Shown: in pieces, positions 33,977 to 38,068 of the stretch | Layout: every line of letters starts with the position of its first letter | Position numbering within the stretch: the stretch's first letter is position 1 | Assembly: GCA_035546915.1 (NCBI GenBank) | Contig: DASZVT010000110.1 | Span: forward strand, 1-38,068 | DNA: 38,068 nucleotides | Source of the DNA: Mycobacteriales bacterium | GTDB lineage: Bacteria; Actinomycetota; Actinomycetes; Mycobacteriales; CAJCIY01 | Reading direction: 5' to 3' | The notes under the pieces: generated by a model | Databases searched by the model: none | What the model saw: the letters and a program-made list of their open reading frames with translations, nothing else | What the model was told of the DNA's origin: nothing | Made by a program: the position numbers and the translations under genes

Positions 33977-34201
33977 GTAGGGGGAGACAAACGCGGATGC
34001 AACCGCCCAAAACAAATCCGGCCGGACGGCGGACATGCGTATCAGGGATCGCGATGTCTGCAGGCTGAATCGACCTCTACGATGGCACCGGAGCCAGAAG
34101 GGTGGAAGGAATTCGGTGAACGAGACACGGCGCGCGGTACCGCACGGGATGTCGAGGCCGTGTCCGGCCCCCGTCCGAGGGTCAGCCCGGAAGGCAGCGT
34201 C

Positions 34202-36475
34202 GTGACCGAACCGACCGACTCGCTTGCTGTGAGTGAGGTGCCGTTCCTACCTTTTTCCGGAGTTCGGGTGCTCGATGCAGCCGGCTGGGTCGCCGGTCCG
34301 TTCTGCGCGCAGATGTTGCGCTGGCTGGGCGCAAGCGTGGACCGGGTCGAGCCCGAGGGCGGTGACCCGCTGCTGGCGATGGCGATCCCGCAGCCAGGCG
34401 CGGCCGGGACGGCCCGCTGCCTTTACGACGACGCGAACCGGGGCAAGCGCCGGGTCGACGGCCCGTACGCCGCGACGGTGCTCCGGCTGCTGTCCGAGGC
34501 GGACGTGCTCGTCTGCGACTGGACGCCAGCCCGGCAGCGGGAACTCGGTCTGGACCTGACCGAAGTCGGCCGTCGATTCCCGCGGCTGGTCGTGGCGGCG
34601 GTGACTGGCTACGGCCTGACCGGGCCGGCTGCCGACCGGCAGGCCAGTGAGCTCGTGGTGTATCAGGCGGGCGGAGAAGGTGCCGTGCTGCCGAGCGAGA
34701 GCGTGGCGCGGCTGTTTCCGGATCGTCCGCCGGTGCGTGCCGGGCGGTTCCTCGCCGACCACGACGCCGGACTCACCGCGGCCGTCGGCGTCGCCGCGGC
34801 GCTGCTCGGCCGCACCGGGCACGGTCGTGGTGAGTTGGTCGACGTGGCGGCCACCGAGGTGGAGATCGGGCTCAACCGGACCACGCTGTCCCGTTCGTTC
34901 TTCGAGCGGCGCGACTATGACCGCACCTATCGCGGCTATGACTACTCCGGCAACCTGCGGTGCACCGACGGATGGGTCGCGGTCCGGCCGGTGGAGGAGC
35001 CGCACTGGGTGGCGATGTGTCACGAGTTCGGGCTGGACCGGCTCGTCGACGATCCCCGGTTCGCCGATCGCCAAGTCCGGTACGAGAACGCGGACGAACT
35101 CACCCCGCAACTGGAGCAGTACACCCGAGATCGCTCCCGTGCGCAGGTACGGGCGGCGTTGCTCCGCGCCGGGTGCCCAGGTGGGCCGTTCTTGGCACCG
35201 GCGGAGATCATCGCCGACCCGGCCATCGGCAGTCGCCAGCTGCTGGGGCCGGTCGACGGCGGCGGGGTCGCACCGGTACGCGCGTTTCACGGCCGTTGGG
35301 CCGGACCCGGTCCGGGCGCAGCGGTGAGCCGGCCAGCACCGGTACCGGGCCCGCTGCCGCTGTCGGGCCTGCGGGTCATCGACCTCACGTGGGTGGCGGC
35401 TGGGCCGTATGCGACGGAGCTGCTCGGCTTCCTGGGCGCTGAGGTGGTCAAGGTGGAGTCGCGGTCGCGGCCCGACCTGTTCCGCCGCCCTCAGGACGGT
35501 AGCGACGACCTGGACAGCAACATCCGCTTCATGGACCTGAACCAGGCCAAGCGGTCGGTGCAGGTCGACCTGAAGGACCCGGTGCAGCATCGGCGGCTGC
35601 TTGAGCTGGTCGAGACCGCCGACGTGCTGGTGGAGAACTACCGGCCGGGCGTCCGGGACCGGCTGGGTCTGTCCGACGCCGACCTGCTCGCGGTCAACCC
35701 GAGCCTGGTGATAGTGGCGTTGTCCGGCTTCGGGACCGCGGCGCTGGACGCCGACCGCCCGGGCTTCGCCAGCATCTTCAACGCCGAGGGCGGACTGGGC
35801 TGGATGACCGGGTATCCGGATGCGGTGCCCAGTGACGTCCGGGACACCAACGACCTGCGCTCCGGCACCAACGCGGCACTGGCCGCGATCAGCGGCCTCT
35901 ACGGGGTCGCACACGGGGCGGCGGGCGCGGTGCTCGACGTCGCGGCCCGCGACACCGTGGTGATCCTGCAGGGCGACCTGCTGCTGCAGGCGTCACGTGG
36001 CGGTACGCCGATCCGGGACGCGAACGCGTTGGACTGCGCAGTGCCGTACGGCTGCTGGCGCGGCGGGGACGGGCGATGGGCCGCGATATCGGTCCGGACC
36101 GATCAGGAGTGGACGGCGCTGGCTCGATTGATCGGCGCCGACCCCGCGCTGACCCTGTCGCAACGGCTGCAGCAACGGAAAACGCTGGACCGCGCGGTGG
36201 CCACCTGGGCGGCCGGACGCAGCGCCGCAGCGCTCGTCGACGCCTGCGTGGCGGCGGGCGTGCCGGCCGGCTTGTCCGCGGCCGGGTCGGACCTGCTGGC
36301 CGATCCGCAGCTTGCTGCCCGTGGCCTGCTGCGGAGGGTTGAGCACCCCCGCCTCGGGACCATCACGCTGGTCGGGCCGCCGCTGCGGCTGGGTAGCGCC
36401 GGACCGGTTGAGATCGCCCGGCCACCGCTGCTCGGCGAACACGACGCGGTGGTCTTCGCGACGGTCCCGCGGTGA
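34202..36475 (+). CDS. tandem-domain family III (CaiB/BaiF) CoA-transferase/racemase-like protein (two complete domains in one chain)
   Basis: Domain 1 N-terminus is FSGVRVLDAAGWVAGPFCAQMLRWLGASVDRVEP. Domain 2 N-terminus is LSGLRVIDLTWVAAGPYATELLGFLGAEVVKVES, beginning near nt 35356. A Pro/Gly/Ala linker (GPGPGAAVSRPAPVPGPLP) joins them with no stop or frameshift. I prefer GTG 34202, with GGAAGG 7 nt upstream. In-frame alternatives are 34160, 34082 and 33923, but third-position GC is low upstream of ~34120. Confidence 0.85.
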   Translation: MTEPTDSLAVSEVPFLPFSGVRVLDAAGWVAGPFCAQMLRWLGASVDRVEPEGGDPLLAMAIPQPGAAGTARCLYDDANRGKRRVDGPYAATVLRLLSEADVLVCDWTPARQRELGLDLTEVGRRFPRLVVAAVTGYGLTGPAADRQASELVVYQAGGEGAVLPSESVARLFPDRPPVRAGRFLADHDAGLTAAVGVAAALLGRTGHGRGELVDVAATEVEIGLNRTTLSRSFFERRDYDRTYRGYDYSGNLRCTDGWVAVRPVEEPHWVAMCHEFGLDRLVDDPRFADRQVRYENADELTPQLEQYTRDRSRAQVRAALLRAGCPGGPFLAPAEIIADPAIGSRQLLGPVDGGGVAPVRAFHGRWAGPGPGAAVSRPAPVPGPLPLSGLRVIDLTWVAAGPYATELLGFLGAEVVKVESRSRPDLFRRPQDGSDDLDSNIRFMDLNQAKRSVQVDLKDPVQHRRLLELVETADVLVENYRPGVRDRLGLSDADLLAVNPSLVIVALSGFGTAALDADRPGFASIFNAEGGLGWMTGYPDAVPSDVRDTNDLRSGTNAALAAISGLYGVAHGAAGAVLDVAARDTVVILQGDLLLQASRGGTPIRDANALDCAVPYGCWRGGDGRWAAISVRTDQEWTALARLIGADPALTLSQRLQQRKTLDRAVATWAAGRSAAALVDACVAAGVPAGLSAAGSDLLADPQLAARGLLRRVEHPRLGTITLVGPPLRLGSAGPVEIARPPLLGEHDAVVFATVPR

Positions 36476-36581
36476 CGGCCGCGGAACGGGACCTCGCGTG
36501 ACGGTCGGCACCGCAGGCTGGGTAGCATCGCAGCCACAGCACGACGACCCGCGTGCCGTATGGCGTGCCTGGGTCGACCGC

Positions 36582-36598
36582 CGGTGGGCTTCCCACCG
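36582..36598. other. short stem-loop (7-bp stem, 3-nt loop) between the CoA-transferase gene and etfB
   Basis: CGGTGGG CTT CCCACCG, lying 107 nt after the upstream stop and 28 nt before the etfB ATG. There is no U-tract. Confidence 0.25.
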
Positions 36599-36625
36599 AT
36601 TCCCAAGCGGAGGTAAGCACTGCCG

Positions 36626-37408
36626 ATGAACATCGTGGTCTGCGTGAAGCAGGTGCCCGACACCTGGGCCGAGCGGACGCTCAGCGCGTCCGACAAGACG
36701 CTCGATCGCGCCAGCGTCGACACCGTCATGAACGAGATCGACGAGTACGCCGTGGAAGAGGCGCTCCGGATCAAGGAGGCGCACGGCGGCGAGGTCACCA
36801 TCGTGACGATGGGCCCGGAGCGGGCTACCGAGACGATTCGCAAGGCGCTGTCGATGGGCGCGGACAAGGCAGTGCATCTCACCGACGAGGCATTGCACGG
36901 TTCTTGTGTCGTCGCAACCTCCGAGGCGCTGGCAAAGGTGATCGGCACGCTCGAGTACGACTTGATCATCGTCGGTTCCGAGGCCACCGACTCGCGGCTG
37001 GCCATCATGGGCGCGCTGCTCGCCGAGCGACTCGGCCTGCCTCAGCTCTCGCTTGCGCGCAAGGTCGAGGTCGAACCGGGCACCTCGGTCAGCGTCGAGC
37101 GGCAGACCGAGAACGGCTACGACAAGGTGTCCGCGGCGCTGCCGGCGGTGATCTCGGTCGTGGAGAAGATCAACGAGCCGCGGTACCCGTCGTTCAAGGG
37201 GATCATGGCTGCCAAGTCGAAGCCGCTGACGACCCTTTCGCTTGCCGACGCCGGGATCGACCCGGGCTCGGTCGGGTTGGCGAACGCCACCTCGTCGGTG
37301 GAGGACTTCCAGGCCCGTCCGCCACGTTCCGGCGGCGAAATCGTGAAGAACGAGGGAGACGGCGGCGTCAAGGTCGCTGACTTCCTGGCCGCGCAGAAGC
37401 TCATCTGA
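36626..37408 (+). CDS. etfB: electron transfer flavoprotein beta subunit
   Basis: N-terminus MNIVVCVKQVPDT, then RYPSFKGIMAAKSKP and the rest of the FixA/EtfB pattern. GGAGG lies upstream. Confidence 0.95.
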   Translation: MNIVVCVKQVPDTWAERTLSASDKTLDRASVDTVMNEIDEYAVEEALRIKEAHGGEVTIVTMGPERATETIRKALSMGADKAVHLTDEALHGSCVVATSEALAKVIGTLEYDLIIVGSEATDSRLAIMGALLAERLGLPQLSLARKVEVEPGTSVSVERQTENGYDKVSAALPAVISVVEKINEPRYPSFKGIMAAKSKPLTTLSLADAGIDPGSVGLANATSSVEDFQARPPRSGGEIVKNEGDGGVKVADFLAAQKLI

Positions 37409-37422
37409 GGAAGAGGAACCCC

Positions 37423-38068
37423 ATGGCTGAGGTATTCGTCCTCGTCGAGCACACCGATGGCGAGGTCAAGAAGGTCACCAACGAGCTGCTCACCCTGGCG
37501 GGCACGCTCGGCGAGCCGTCCGCGGTACTGCTGGGTGGTGCCGGTGTCGGGGCGCTGGCCCCGAAGCTGGCGGCCTACGGTGCGGCGAAGGTCTACGTGG
37601 CCGAGTCCGCGGATTTCGACGACTACGTCGTCGGCCCGAAGGCCGAGGTATTGGCCAACCTGGTGACCGAGCATTCACCGGGCGCGGTGTTGGTCGCCGC
37701 GTCGCCGGAAGGCAAGGAGGTCGCGGGGCGTGCTGCGGTCCGTACCGGCAGCGGCATCCTGACCGACGCGGTGGACGTCTCGGCCGACCTGGTGGCGACC
37801 CAGAACATCTTCGGTGGAGCCACCATCGTGCACTCGAAGGTCACCAAGGGCACTCCGTTCATCGCCGTGCGACCGAACTCCACCGCGCCGCAGGAATCGG
37901 CCGGTGCCGGCGAGGTCGTCACCGTGACCCCGCAGATTTCCGACGCGGCCAAGGGCGCGAAGGTGGTCGAGCGGGTCGTCGAGGCCAAGGGCGGCCGGCC
38001 GGAACTGACCGAGGCATCGGTTGTCGTCTCCGGTGGTCGCGGCCTCGGCTCGGGCGAGAACTTCGAGC
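37423..38068 (+). CDS. etfA: electron transfer flavoprotein alpha subunit, N-terminal ~215 aa; the 3' end lies outside the window
   Basis: ATG 37423 lies 14 nt after the etfB stop, with a GAGGAAGAGGA RBS. My own translation reads MAEVFVLVEHTDGEVKKVTNELLT...VVVSGGRGLGSGENFE, typical of FixB/EtfA. The frame is open to the right edge and is not in the supplied ORF track. Confidence 0.9.
   Translation, partial: MAEVFVLVEHTDGEVKKVTNELLTLAGTLGEPSAVLLGGAGVGALAPKLAAYGAAKVYVAESADFDDYVVGPKAEVLANLVTEHSPGAVLVAASPEGKEVAGRAAVRTGSGILTDAVDVSADLVATQNIFGGATIVHSKVTKGTPFIAVRPNSTAPQESAGAGEVVTVTPQISDAAKGAKVVERVVEAKGGRPELTEASVVVSGGRGLGSGENFE

Noticed and set aside
33786-34010. 74-aa ORF on the - strand inside the mce leader, a possible small regulator or leader peptide
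   Set aside because: The translation is Arg/Pro/Trp-rich with no helix-turn-helix or hydrophobic segment, and there is no RBS. It is most likely non-coding.
34040-34110. A tRNA-like or T-loop-like sequence (GGCTGAATCGACC) in the long leader
   Set aside because: The loop is 9 nt rather than 7. There are no acceptor, anticodon or D arms, so it is not a tRNA.
33923-34201. 93-codon in-frame N-terminal extension of the CoA-transferase ORF
   Set aside because: Third-position GC drops markedly between ~33975 and ~34120 and there is no domain content. The family III domain normally begins ~15-20 residues before the SG(V/L)RV(L/I)D motif, which favours GTG 34202. Starts at 34082 or 34160 cannot be excluded.
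34247-35914. 555-aa ORF on the - strand
   Set aside because: It is antisense to the tandem CoA-transferase gene and has no recognisable motifs.

Overview
High-GC (~70%) actinobacterial chromosomal DNA, Mycobacteriales-like. It is densely coded, and I found no rRNA, tRNA, CRISPR array, IS element or integrase. All calls rest on motif recognition by eye, with no database search. There are three functional blocks. (1) 1-10.7 kb is an alpha-glucan block: the 3' part of a GT35 alpha-glucan phosphorylase, a lipoprotein, an orphan NMT1/SsuA-like binding protein and an SDR. These are followed by enoyl-CoA hydratase, SAM methyltransferase, hexapeptide acyltransferase, GT4 glucosyltransferase, a small membrane protein, a GH57 enzyme and a second methyltransferase. 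As I recall the gene order, this set is collinear with M. tuberculosis Rv3039c-Rv3030, the methylglucose lipopolysaccharide (MGLP) locus. (2) 10.7-36.5 kb is a ~26 kb lipid or steroid-type catabolic block. It holds seven acyl-CoA dehydrogenase genes, two of them as overlapping alpha/beta-type pairs, plus an MFE-2-type hydroxyacyl-CoA dehydrogenase. It also holds a crotonase homologue lacking both catalytic glutamates, a two-repeat hotdog thioesterase, an NTF2-like protein and an acyl-CoA synthetase. A complete Mce importer operon (yrbEA/B, mceA-F, two Mce-associated proteins) is tightly translationally coupled. A single-chain tandem fusion of two family III (CaiB/BaiF) CoA-transferase domains closes the block. 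(3) 36.6-38.1 kb is etfB plus the 5' part of etfA. Block 2 lies exactly between homologues of genes that are immediate neighbours in M. tuberculosis (Rv3030 and fixA). It encodes no thiolase, no regulator and no Mce ATPase. Nothing here resembles a defence or mobile system. The most unusual items are the tandem CoA-transferase fusion, the glutamate-less crotonase between two heteromeric-type ACAD pairs, and a perfect 16-bp palindrome in the long mce/CoA-transferase divergent leader.
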